63,693 bases of DNA from Candidatus Omnitrophota bacterium (GTDB taxonomy: Bacteria; Omnitrophota; Gorgyraeia; Aquiviventales; Aquiviventaceae), in assembly GCA_016206585.1 (NCBI GenBank), contig JACQRE010000158.1, positions 1 to 63,693 on the forward strand. Direction: 5' to 3'. Position 1 is the first letter of the stretch. Each line of letters begins with the position of its first letter. The notes under the pieces were generated by a model that worked only from the letters and a program-made list of their open reading frames with translations, ran no database searches and was not told the origin of the DNA. Shown piece after piece: positions 7,769 through 16,383 of this stretch. Made by a program: the position numbers and the translations under genes.

Positions 7769-9595
7769 ATGCATATTCTGGGACTCTCCTGCTACTTCCA
7801 CGACGCGGCGGCGGCCCTCCTGCGCGACGGCGTGCTGATCGCCGCTGCGGAGGAGGAGCGGTTCTCCCGCACGAAGCACGACTTCGGCTTCCCGCGCCAC
7901 GCCATCGACTTCTGCCTGCGGCAAGGAGGCCTGACCGCGCAGGACCTCGACTACGTGGTGTTCTACGAGAAACCGTTCGTGAAGTTCCAGCGCATCCTCC
8001 AGTCGAACCTGCGGACGTGGCCGCGGTCCTGGCGCGCGTTTCCGGACGCGATGACCCACTGGATGCGCGAGAAGCTCTGGACGCGCACCCTCATCCAGGA
8101 AACGCTGGGGATCCCCGCGGAGCGGATCCTCTTTTCCGAGCACCACCTCTCGCATGCGGCCAGCGCCTTCTTCTGCGCGCCGTACGAGGAGGCCGCGATC
8201 ATCACGGTCGACGGGGTGGGGGAGTGGACCACGACGACGATGGGCCGCGGATCCGCCACATGGAACGGGCAGGGCCGCAACGAGATCGTCCTGTCGCACG
8301 AGATCCGCTTCCCCCACTCGCTGGGGCTGCTGTACTCCGCGTTCACCGCGTTCCTCGGCTTCGAGGTCAACGAGGGCGAGTACAAGGTGATGGGCATGGC
8401 GCCCTACGGGCAGCCGCGGTACCGCGATCGCGTGGCCCAGGTGCTGCATCTTGAACGCGACGGCAGCTTCTGGCTCGACCTCGACTACCTCAGCTACCAC
8501 TACTCCGACCGCCGCTCGTTCAGCCGCAAGCTCACGCAGCTCTTCGGCGAGCCGCGCGTGCCCGAGAGCGAGTTCTACACACGCTCGACCGGCCTGCCGG
8601 ACCGCCACGACGCGCGGAGGCTCGAGGCGAATGAGCACTACGCCGACGTCGCCGCCAGCATCCAGCAGGCGACCGAGGACGCGCTCCTGGCGATGGCGAA
8701 CCGTGTGCATGACGAAACCGGGCTCACGCGGCTGTGCCTGGCCGGCGGGGTGGCGTACAACAGCGTGGCGAACGGCCGGCTCCTGCGCGAAACGCCGTTC
8801 ACGGACATCTACATCCAGCCGGCGGCCGGCGATTCCGGCGGGGCGGTGGGGGCGGCCCTCTACGCCTACCACGTGCTGCTGCAGCGGCCCCGCGCGTTCG
8901 TGATGGACCACGCGTACTGGGGGGCCGCGTTTTCGGATGCCCAGCTCGAGGCCGCCCTGCGGGACCGGAACCTGGCCTTCGAGCGGTTCTCGGACGATGA
9001 GGAGCTGCTCGAGGAGGTCGCCGGAGCGCTCGCCGATGGGCGCGTGGTCGGGTGGTACCAGGGGCGCACCGAATGGGGCCCGCGGGCGCTGGGCAACCGC
9101 AGCATCCTCGCCGATCCGCGCCGGGCGGAGATGAAGTCGATCGTCAACGAGAAGATCAAGTTCCGGGAGCCATTCCGGCCCTTTGCCCCGTCGATTCTCA
9201 TGGACCGCGTGGCCGAGTACGTCGACTTCCAGGACAGCGACCGGCATCTCCCCGCCCAGTTCATGCTCTACGTGGCGGACGTGCGGCCCGAGCAGCGCAG
9301 CCGCATCCCCGCGGTGACGCACGCGGATGGCAGCAGCCGGCTGCAGGCGGTGTCCCCCAGGACCAATCCGCGCTACGCCCGGCTCATCGAGCGCTTCGAA
9401 GCGCGGACCGGGGTGCCCGTGGTACTCAATACCTCGTTCAACCTGCGCGGCGAGCCGATGGTCAACGCTCCGGCGGATGCGGTTACGACGTTCCTCAACA
9501 GCGGGATCGATTGGCTCGCGCTCGGGTCGTATCTCGTGCGGAAACCGGGAAGCGTCCGCGCCGACGCGCCGGCCCAGGCGGCCGCGGCAACGTGA
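7769..9595 (+). CDS. NodU/CmcH-family carbamoyltransferase
   Basis: MHILGLSCYFHDAAAALLRDG, EERFSRTKHD, LCLAGGVAYNSVANG, TSFNLRGEPMV. Confidence 0.93.
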   Translation: MHILGLSCYFHDAAAALLRDGVLIAAAEEERFSRTKHDFGFPRHAIDFCLRQGGLTAQDLDYVVFYEKPFVKFQRILQSNLRTWPRSWRAFPDAMTHWMREKLWTRTLIQETLGIPAERILFSEHHLSHAASAFFCAPYEEAAIITVDGVGEWTTTTMGRGSATWNGQGRNEIVLSHEIRFPHSLGLLYSAFTAFLGFEVNEGEYKVMGMAPYGQPRYRDRVAQVLHLERDGSFWLDLDYLSYHYSDRRSFSRKLTQLFGEPRVPESEFYTRSTGLPDRHDARRLEANEHYADVAASIQQATEDALLAMANRVHDETGLTRLCLAGGVAYNSVANGRLLRETPFTDIYIQPAAGDSGGAVGAALYAYHVLLQRPRAFVMDHAYWGAAFSDAQLEAALRDRNLAFERFSDDEELLEEVAGALADGRVVGWYQGRTEWGPRALGNRSILADPRRAEMKSIVNEKIKFREPFRPFAPSILMDRVAEYVDFQDSDRHLPAQFMLYVADVRPEQRSRIPAVTHADGSSRLQAVSPRTNPRYARLIERFEARTGVPVVLNTSFNLRGEPMVNAPADAVTTFLNSGIDWLALGSYLVRKPGSVRADAPAQAAAAT

Positions 9596-9604
9596 GGGGT
9601 GGGG

Positions 9605-9775
9605 ATGTCACGGATCGGATCGCGGGCGGGGATCGTCGGACGGTTGTTGCAGTACCTATGGCGGGAGCGGCTGTGGTGGCTGATCCCGGCGGTCATCATC
9701 TTGCTGGTCTTCGGCGGGCTGATTTTCTTCAGTCAGAGCTCGGCCGTCGCGCCTTTCGTCTACACGCTGTTTTGA
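9605..9775 (+). CDS. 56-aa hydrophobic mini-protein (DUF5989-like), absent from the supplied ORF track
   Basis: My own translation: [56 protein letters not shown]. It sits 9 nt after the carbamoyltransferase stop and 1 nt before gmd. Confidence 0.65.
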   Translation: MSRIGSRAGIVGRLLQYLWRERLWWLIPAVIILLVFGGLIFFSQSSAVAPFVYTLF

Positions 9776-9776
9776 G

Positions 9777-11978
9777 GTGACCATGACACGCGCGCTGATT
9801 ACAGGCATCACGGGACAGGACGGCTCGTACCTGGCGGAGCTGCTGCTGCAGAAGGGCTACGAGGTGTTCGGGATCATCCGGCGCTCGAGCACCTTCAACG
9901 CCACGGTGCCCTTCAGCAAGGTGCTGCAGGAGTGGCAGGCCTCCGGCCAGCTGCACCTGGAGTACGGCGACCTCAACGATGCGAGCTCGCTCAACAAGAT
10001 CGTGCACTCCATCCGGCCGGATGAGATCTACAACCTCGCCGCCCAGAGCCACGTCCAGGTGAGCTTCGACATCCCGGAGTACACCGGCGAGATCACGGGG
10101 CTGGGCGTCGTGCGGTTGCTTGAGGCGATCCGCGAGAGCGACCTCAAGCCGCGGTTCTACCAGGCGTCCAGCTCCGAGCTGTACGGCCGGGTGCAGGAGA
10201 CGCCGCAGCGCGAGACGACCCCGTTCTACCCGCGCAGCCCCTACGCCTGCGCGAAGGCGTACGCGTTCTACATCACGCGCAACTACCGCGAGGCGTACGG
10301 CCTCTTCACCTGCAACGGAATTTTGTTCAATCACGAGACGGTAGCGTCATTTATGCCGATGTTTTGTAAGAACGTTGATGAGGATGAATTTGACATCAAA
10401 CCCATCTGTGAAATCGTCCCTTTTGATGAATCCAATACACAGTATCAAGCTCGAGAGGTTTCCGGAATTTGCGTCTGGGGAAAAGGCGCATGGGTCGATG
10501 TCTCGTATGCCTCCGCATATCCGCATGACGTGATGAGCGACAACAAGAAGCCCAGATTCATCAATGCTCGATCAGGGGCGTTCATGGCGACTTCGAGCCA
10601 TGTCGGCTTCATGGAAGGCGGCGAGGAAAGAGAAGTTGGCAGGATGAGCATTGGCGATCGTTTGGAGCAGCTCGATTTGCCGGAACCTTCCGGGCGAAAC
10701 CCCTATCCGATCTCTGAAGAGGAAGCCGAGCTCTTGGGCATGATGGTGGGGGATGGGTCCTTCACACGGTCGAGGCGGGGCATTGGCGTGCATGGAAAGT
10801 TTACCAATTCATGTCCTGAAATGCGTCAGCGCTTCAGCGACTTATGGTCAAAAGTCACAGGAGGACGCACCACCTATTACCCGACTCGTTCAGGCTTTAA
10901 TCCTGATAACATCGTGGGTCAACTCAGTCTCATAGGCCGAAATGACTGGTTGAGAAGTATAGACATTTATAACCGAGATAGAACCAAGCGCGTTCCCAAA
11001 GTCATTTTGAATTCCGGAAAAGCGATTATGCTGGCGTTCCTGCGCGGCTATAACGCGACCGACGGTCTCAAAAGTAACCCCTGCACGTACGAGTTTAGAA
11101 ACTTTAAGACAAATTCAGCCACATTGGCGATGGGGTTGTGGTATCTGATCGATCAGACCACCATGCAAGATGTCAATTTAACGGTCGAAACCAAAGCAGA
11201 TGGCCGCATCTTCTACTCACTGAACCTATTATCGACGACCGATAACCTCTCGAAGGAGCACAGCGTTCGTGAACTTGCGTTGGCAGACGTGTCTCAACGG
11301 GAAATATCACGCCGGACGGGCATCTCAAGAACCTTTATCCGTAAAATCCAGAACGGCGGTTCCGCATGCTTGACGCATCATCTGCGAAAGGAGTCCTCCG
11401 AAATCAAGAAAATCGTTGAAATGCCGAATTATCAGGGGTGGTTCTATGATCTTGAGACATCGTCGGGTGAATTTCATTGCGGCATTGGAACAATCCATGT
11501 TCACAATTCGCCCCGCCGGGGCGAGATTTTCGTCAGCCGCAAGATCACCCGGGCGGCGACCCGCATCAAGCTGGGGCTGCAGGATGCGCTGCTCCTCGGG
11601 AACCTGGAGGCGAAGCGCGACTGGGGTTACGCGCCCGAGTACGTCGAGGCGATGTGGCTCATGCTCCAGCAGGAGCGGCCGGACGACTACGTGATCGCCA
11701 CCGGCGAGACGCACTCGGTGCGCGAGTTCGTGGAGGAGGCCTTCGGCCACCTGGGCCTTCCGTGGGAGCGGTACGTGAAGACCGATCCGCAGTACCTGCG
11801 GCCCTCCGAGGTGGACGCCCTGGTGGGCGACGCCTCGAAGGCCGGGCGGCAGCTCGGGTGGCGCCCGAAAGTGAAGTTCAAGGACCTGGTGCGCATCATG
11901 GTCGATGCGGACCTGCTCGTGGCGGAACAGGAAGCGCACGCGCAGAGCTTCCAAGCGAAACCGCTCTCCGTGTCATAA
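9777..11978 (+). CDS. gmd: GDP-mannose 4,6-dehydratase interrupted by an in-frame intein (precursor 733 aa, spliced product 343 aa)
   Basis: [43 protein letters not shown] // [15 protein letters not shown]. The start may be the ATG at 9783. Confidence 0.93.
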   Translation: MTMTRALITGITGQDGSYLAELLLQKGYEVFGIIRRSSTFNATVPFSKVLQEWQASGQLHLEYGDLNDASSLNKIVHSIRPDEIYNLAAQSHVQVSFDIPEYTGEITGLGVVRLLEAIRESDLKPRFYQASSSELYGRVQETPQRETTPFYPRSPYACAKAYAFYITRNYREAYGLFTCNGILFNHETVASFMPMFCKNVDEDEFDIKPICEIVPFDESNTQYQAREVSGICVWGKGAWVDVSYASAYPHDVMSDNKKPRFINARSGAFMATSSHVGFMEGGEEREVGRMSIGDRLEQLDLPEPSGRNPYPISEEEAELLGMMVGDGSFTRSRRGIGVHGKFTNSCPEMRQRFSDLWSKVTGGRTTYYPTRSGFNPDNIVGQLSLIGRNDWLRSIDIYNRDRTKRVPKVILNSGKAIMLAFLRGYNATDGLKSNPCTYEFRNFKTNSATLAMGLWYLIDQTTMQDVNLTVETKADGRIFYSLNLLSTTDNLSKEHSVRELALADVSQREISRRTGISRTFIRKIQNGGSACLTHHLRKESSEIKKIVEMPNYQGWFYDLETSSGEFHCGIGTIHVHNSPRRGEIFVSRKITRAATRIKLGLQDALLLGNLEAKRDWGYAPEYVEAMWLMLQQERPDDYVIATGETHSVREFVEEAFGHLGLPWERYVKTDPQYLRPSEVDALVGDASKAGRQLGWRPKVKFKDLVRIMVDADLLVAEQEAHAQSFQAKPLSVS
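10338..11507 (+). mobile_element. 390-aa intein with a LAGLIDADG homing-endonuclease domain
   Basis: Block [19 protein letters not shown] motifs [11 protein letters not shown] and [13 protein letters not shown]. Blocks [25 protein letters not shown]|S. Visibly AT-rich compared with the flanks. Confidence 0.88.
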
Positions 11979-11980
11979 CC

Positions 11981-12062
11981 ACAGCCAGCAACAAGCAACA
12001 AGCGACACGCAGCACGTGAAGAATATTCTTTCCGTGTTGCATGTCGCATGTTGCATGTCGCG
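11981..12062. repeat. heptamer hairpin, GCGACAA/GCAACAA family, copy B1
   Basis: Left arm is ...AGCAACAAGCAACAAGCGACACGCAGCACG. The core is the palindrome AAGAATATTCTT (12019-12030). Right arm is CGTGTTGCATGTCGCATGTTGCATGTCGCG. Confidence 0.75.
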
Positions 12063-12079
12063 AATCGGATTGTTGTCCC

Positions 12080-13240
12080 ATGCACATTGGGATTGAAGGC
12101 CACGGGTTCTGGGGGGAAGGGGGCAGCCAGACCCGGTACGCCTTCCAGCTCATCAGAGCGCTCGCCCGCATCGACCGGACAAACCGCTACATCGTGTTCT
12201 TCAACTCGGCCCGTCGCCGGCTGCCCGGCCAGGGCCGGTTCAGGGAACAGCTCCAGAACGACAACTTCTCCTACGTCATGACCCGCCTGCCCAACACCGG
12301 TTCGCCCTGGCTCAAGCGGCTGCGCCGCGACGTGCTCTGGCCCTGGCGGGGCGCACAGCGCGGCATCGGGTTGTTCCACTCCACCGCCCAGCGCCGCATG
12401 TACACGAACGGGGTCGCCTCCGTGCTGACGATCCATGACCTCGCCGGGCTGGTGCACCCCGAATGGTTCCCGTCCGACTCGCTGGCGCACGAGCAGAATG
12501 CCACCGCCCTGCGGGACATCCGGCAGGCGCGCCTGACCATCGCCTCATCACGCAACACCCAACAGGACATCCAGCGCATGGCGGGCGTTGGGCTGGAACG
12601 GGTGCGGGTCGTCCTGCTGGGCGTCGACACCGGCGAGTTCCACCCCGTCGAAGATCCCGCCGCCATTGAGGCGGTGACCCGCCGGCTGGGCATCCGCGGC
12701 CCCTACCTGTTGCACGTGGGCGACCTGGTGCCGCGCAAGAACCTGGAGCGGCTCATCCGCGTCTTCGCGCGGCTGAAGGCGTCGAAGCGTCTCCCGCATC
12801 AGCTCGTGCTCGCCGGCAAGCGGAACTACGGGCCGCCCAGCCTGTTCGAGCTGCCGCGCGCGCTGGGTGTGGGCGACGACGTGCTGTTTCCCGGGTTCGT
12901 CGAGGAGGCGAATCTGCCGGCCCTCTACGCCGGGGCCGCGCTGTTCGTGTACCCCTCGTGCTACGAGGGGTTCGGGTTGCCGCTCCTGGAGGCGATGGCC
13001 TGCGGGGTGCCGGTGATCTCCTCCAACGCGGCCTCGTTGGTGGAGGTCGCCGGAGAGGCCGCCATCATCCTGGACCCCTCGGATGAAGCCGGGTGGGAGG
13101 AGACGATCGGGGATCTCCTGGACGATGACGCGACGCGGCGCGCCCTGATCGCGCGGGGGCTGGCGCACGTGCAGGGGTTCACGTGGGACAAGACGGCTAA
13201 GCAGACGCTCGCCGCGTACCGCGAGTTGGGAGCCGACTGA
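12080..13240 (+). CDS. GT4-family glycosyltransferase (paralogue of 17418..18575)
   Basis: MHIGIEGHGFWGEGG..., YPSCYEGFGLPLLEAMACGVPVISS. Confidence 0.9.
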   Translation: MHIGIEGHGFWGEGGSQTRYAFQLIRALARIDRTNRYIVFFNSARRRLPGQGRFREQLQNDNFSYVMTRLPNTGSPWLKRLRRDVLWPWRGAQRGIGLFHSTAQRRMYTNGVASVLTIHDLAGLVHPEWFPSDSLAHEQNATALRDIRQARLTIASSRNTQQDIQRMAGVGLERVRVVLLGVDTGEFHPVEDPAAIEAVTRRLGIRGPYLLHVGDLVPRKNLERLIRVFARLKASKRLPHQLVLAGKRNYGPPSLFELPRALGVGDDVLFPGFVEEANLPALYAGAALFVYPSCYEGFGLPLLEAMACGVPVISSNAASLVEVAGEAAIILDPSDEAGWEETIGDLLDDDATRRALIARGLAHVQGFTWDKTAKQTLAAYRELGAD

Positions 13241-13375
13241 GAATCACCAATGACCAAGCACCAAACACCACATAATCACCAATGGACCAATGACCGAATG
13301 ACCAAACGGTTTGGTGATTGGTGCATTGGTGTTTGGTGTTTATGTGGTGATTGGAATTTGGTGTTTGGTGATTCG
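13241..13375. repeat. CACCAAn-family hairpin, copy A2, inverted relative to A1
   Basis: It fills the whole stop-to-start gap. The centre is CAAAC-G-GTTTG, the reverse complement of the A1 centre. The reverse complement of its right arm matches the A1 left arm at 60 of 65 positions. Confidence 0.8.
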
Positions 13376-13377
13376 AA

Positions 13378-14220
13378 ATGAATATGCCGCCTGTTGTGAT
13401 CCTGTGCGGGGGCCGCGGCACCCGCCTGCGCGAGCGGACCGAGAGCATCCCGAAGGCGCTCGTCGAGATCGGCGGCCGGCCGATCCTCTGGCACATCATG
13501 AAGATCTACGCGTCGTTCGGCTGCCGGCGGTTCATCCTCTGCCTCGGATACAAGGGCGACCAGATCCGCCGGTGCTTCACGGGACGGCGAGGGGCTGTCC
13601 CTCGACTCGCCACCGTGTCTTCCGCACGGGGCTCGCTCGGGACTCCGCCCCCTGACGAGGTTCAGGGGGGCTCCGCGCGCGGTGCAGTCGGGATGGAGGA
13701 CACGGTGGAGCACCGCGAGGCGGGGCAGACGTGGACGATCACCTTCGCCGACACCGGCGTGGACACCAACAGCGGCGGGCGCCTCGCCCGCATCGTCCCG
13801 CGGCTCGAGGCCTCACTGGCCTTTGTGACGTACGGCGACGGGCTGGCGCGCATCGACCTGGAGGAGCTCCTGGCGTTCCACGAGTCGCACAGGCGGCTGG
13901 CCACGGTCACCTGCGTGCGGCCGGCGTGCCCCTTCGGCGTCGTCGAGGTGGGCGGCGAGGACCAGGTGACGGCGTTCCGGGAGAAGCCCCCGATGCGGGA
14001 CTGGGTGAACGGCGGCTTTTTCGTCTTCGATCGCCAAGCGCTCGACGGGTTCGGGGACGACGAGGTGCTCGAGCGCGAGCCGCTCGAGCGGCTGACGCGG
14101 GCGGGGCAGCTGTCCGCCTACCGGTTCGACGGGTTCTGGATGTGCATGGACACCTACAAGGACGCCCAGCAGCTCAACGTGCTGTGGGAGCGCGGGGAGG
14201 CGCCATGGAAAATCTGGTAG
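13378..14220 (+). CDS. rfbF: glucose-1-phosphate cytidylyltransferase
   Basis: VILCGGRGTRLRE, PKALVEIGGRPILWHIMKIY, GYKG, VNGGFFVF, GFWMCMDTYKD, APWKIW. About 23 aa are inserted after GYKG. Confidence 0.88.
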   Translation: MNMPPVVILCGGRGTRLRERTESIPKALVEIGGRPILWHIMKIYASFGCRRFILCLGYKGDQIRRCFTGRRGAVPRLATVSSARGSLGTPPPDEVQGGSARGAVGMEDTVEHREAGQTWTITFADTGVDTNSGGRLARIVPRLEASLAFVTYGDGLARIDLEELLAFHESHRRLATVTCVRPACPFGVVEVGGEDQVTAFREKPPMRDWVNGGFFVFDRQALDGFGDDEVLEREPLERLTRAGQLSAYRFDGFWMCMDTYKDAQQLNVLWERGEAPWKIW

Positions 14221-15233
14221 ACGGCGTCGTCGCCGCCCAGCCCGGCTGGTCCGGTCGCCGCGTGCTCGTCACCGGTGCCACGGGGTTCGTCGGGACGTGG
14301 CTGGCCAAAGCGCTGCTCGACTCCGGCGCCCAGGTCGTCTGCCTGGTGCGCGACGCCGATCCCAACGCGCTCTTCATCCGGGGCGGGATCGACGAGCAGG
14401 TGACGATCGTCGCCGGCTCGCTGCAGGACTACTTCCTCCTCGAGCGGGCCCTGAAGCAGTACGAGATCGACACGGTGTTCCACCTGGCGGCCGAGGCGAT
14501 CGTGCCGAACGCCATCGTCTCGCCGCTGTCGACCTTCGAGTCGAACATCCGCGGCACCTGGCAGCTGCTCGAAGCGGTGCGCCGGACGCCGACGGTGACA
14601 CGGACGGTCGTCGCCTCCAGCGACAAGGCGTACGGCGCGCAGCCCAGGCTGCCGTACACCGAGGAGGATCCGCTGCGCGGCCGCCACCCGTACGACGCGT
14701 CGAAGTCGTGCGCCGACCTGCTCGCGCAGGCCTACGCGTCCACCTACGAGCTGGCGGTGGGGATCACCCGGTGCGCCAACATCTACGGGCCCGGCGACAT
14801 CAACTGGAGCCGGCTCATCCCGGGCACGATCCGCTCGATCCTCCGGCGGGAGCGGCCCGTCATCCGCAGCGACGGCAAGTCCACGCGCGACTACCTCTAC
14901 ATCGCCGACGCGGTGGAGGCGTACCTGACGCTGGGGACCCGCGTGGAGGAGCCCGGCATCCGGGGCGAGCCGTTCAACTTCGGGCCGGGGCGGGCGGTCT
15001 CGGTGCTCGACCTGGCCGCGAGGCTGCTGGCCCTCGGGCCGTATCCCGAGTTGACGCTCGACATCGTCAACACGGCGAAGGCCGAGATCCGCGACCAGAG
15101 CCTCTCGAGCGAGAAGGCGAAACGGCTGCTCGGCTGGAGGCCCAGCGTCGGGCTGGATGAGGGGTTGGAGCGCGCGATGAAGTGGTACCAAGCGTTCCTG
15201 GAAGAAGACCTGGAAATTACCAGTAGAACATAG
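14205..15233 (+). CDS. SDR-family NDP-hexose 4,6-dehydratase (CDP-glucose dehydratase-like)
   Basis: RVLVTGATGFVGTWLAKAL, SSDKAYG, HPYDASKSCADL. It sits downstream of rfbF with a 16-nt overlap. Confidence 0.75.
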   Translation: MENLVDGVVAAQPGWSGRRVLVTGATGFVGTWLAKALLDSGAQVVCLVRDADPNALFIRGGIDEQVTIVAGSLQDYFLLERALKQYEIDTVFHLAAEAIVPNAIVSPLSTFESNIRGTWQLLEAVRRTPTVTRTVVASSDKAYGAQPRLPYTEEDPLRGRHPYDASKSCADLLAQAYASTYELAVGITRCANIYGPGDINWSRLIPGTIRSILRRERPVIRSDGKSTRDYLYIADAVEAYLTLGTRVEEPGIRGEPFNFGPGRAVSVLDLAARLLALGPYPELTLDIVNTAKAEIRDQSLSSEKAKRLLGWRPSVGLDEGLERAMKWYQAFLEEDLEITSRT

Positions 15234-15238
15234 GCCCT

Positions 15239-15333
15239 CAGCGACATGCGACATGCGACAAGCAACACTTCAACCGCCGATCCTTTAAGAGCTTGGTGGT
15301 TCCGTGTTGCATGTTGCTTGTCGCTTGTCGCTG
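15239..15333. repeat. GCGACAn-family hairpin, copy B2
   Basis: 30-nt arms at 15239-15268 and 15304-15333 are complementary at 26 of 30 positions. The loop is 35 nt. Confidence 0.8.
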
Positions 15334-15343
15334 ATACTCCTGT

Positions 15344-16366
15344 ATGACGCGCACCCCACTCGTGACCGTCTGCGTTCCCACCTATAACCGCGCCGGGTAC
15401 CTGCGCCAGTGCCTGGATTCGATTCTCGCGCAGACGGTGGACGCGTTCGAGCTGCTGGTGCTCGACAACGCCTCGACCGATGACACCCCTGAGGTGGTGC
15501 GGCATCTCGCGGATCCGCGCGTGCGCTGCGTCCGGCACCCGGAGAACCTGGGACAGATCCCCAACGTCAACCGGGGGCTGGAGCTGGCGAGGGGCGAATT
15601 CGTGTGCGTCTGCCACGACGACGACGTGTGGGCGCCGCGGTTCCTGGAGCGGCAGCTCGAGGTGATGCGCCGCCACCCGTCGGTCGCACTCTCGCACACC
15701 GCCGTCTGGCTCTGCACGGAGGAGGGGGTCGCGCGCGGCGTCCATCGGGTGAGTGCCCGCGACTACCTGCTCAACGGACGCGAGGCCTTTCTGCGCTACC
15801 TGGCGTTCGGGCACGACGTGGTGTTTTCCACGACGATGGTCCGCCGCGCCTGCTACCAGCAGGCCGGGCCGTTCGATGCCCGCTACCTGTGCGCCGACTT
15901 CGACATGTGGCTGCGCCTCTCGCTGCAGGGCGATGTCGCCTATGTGGCCAAGCCGCTGGCCGGATACCGGGTCCACGGGGCGAGTGCGTCGAGCGGCATG
16001 ACCGCCGTGCGGTGGTTCCAGGAGTATTTCGAGATCTTCGACCGGGCGGTCGCCCTGGGCGCTCCGCAGCTGCCGGAGTTGCCAGCACTGGCCGGTCGGC
16101 TGCGCGCCCGCGCGAAGCGCTTCCAGGCCCGGCGCGCCCGCATCGAGGCGGCCGCGTGCCTCGCGGCGGGCCACGACGCCGCCGCGCAGGAGTATCTCGA
16201 CGCGGCGGCGCGCCTGGATCGCTCACTGCCCAGTTCGCTCGCCACCGGGGCGTTGCGCCTGTGCCGCAATGCCGCTGGCCGCAGCGTGCTGAGTGGGATC
16301 AAGGCGGTACGACGTCGAGTACGCTCAGCGACAAGCGACAAGCGACAAGCAACAGTTACGCAATAG
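15344..16366 (+). CDS. GT2-family glycosyltransferase
   Basis: VTVCVPTYNRAGYLRQCLDSILAQT, LVLDNASTDDT, CHDDDVW. Confidence 0.9.
   Translation: MTRTPLVTVCVPTYNRAGYLRQCLDSILAQTVDAFELLVLDNASTDDTPEVVRHLADPRVRCVRHPENLGQIPNVNRGLELARGEFVCVCHDDDVWAPRFLERQLEVMRRHPSVALSHTAVWLCTEEGVARGVHRVSARDYLLNGREAFLRYLAFGHDVVFSTTMVRRACYQQAGPFDARYLCADFDMWLRLSLQGDVAYVAKPLAGYRVHGASASSGMTAVRWFQEYFEIFDRAVALGAPQLPELPALAGRLRARAKRFQARRARIEAAACLAAGHDAAAQEYLDAAARLDRSLPSSLATGALRLCRNAAGRSVLSGIKAVRRRVRSATSDKRQATVTQ
16326..16355. repeat. solo arm of the GCGACAA family (no partner arm)
   Basis: GCGACAA x3 at 16328-16348, then GCAACAG. It encodes the last residues (SDKRQATVTQ) of the GT2. Confidence 0.65.
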
Positions 16367-16383
16367 CCAAAAGCGGGTCATCA

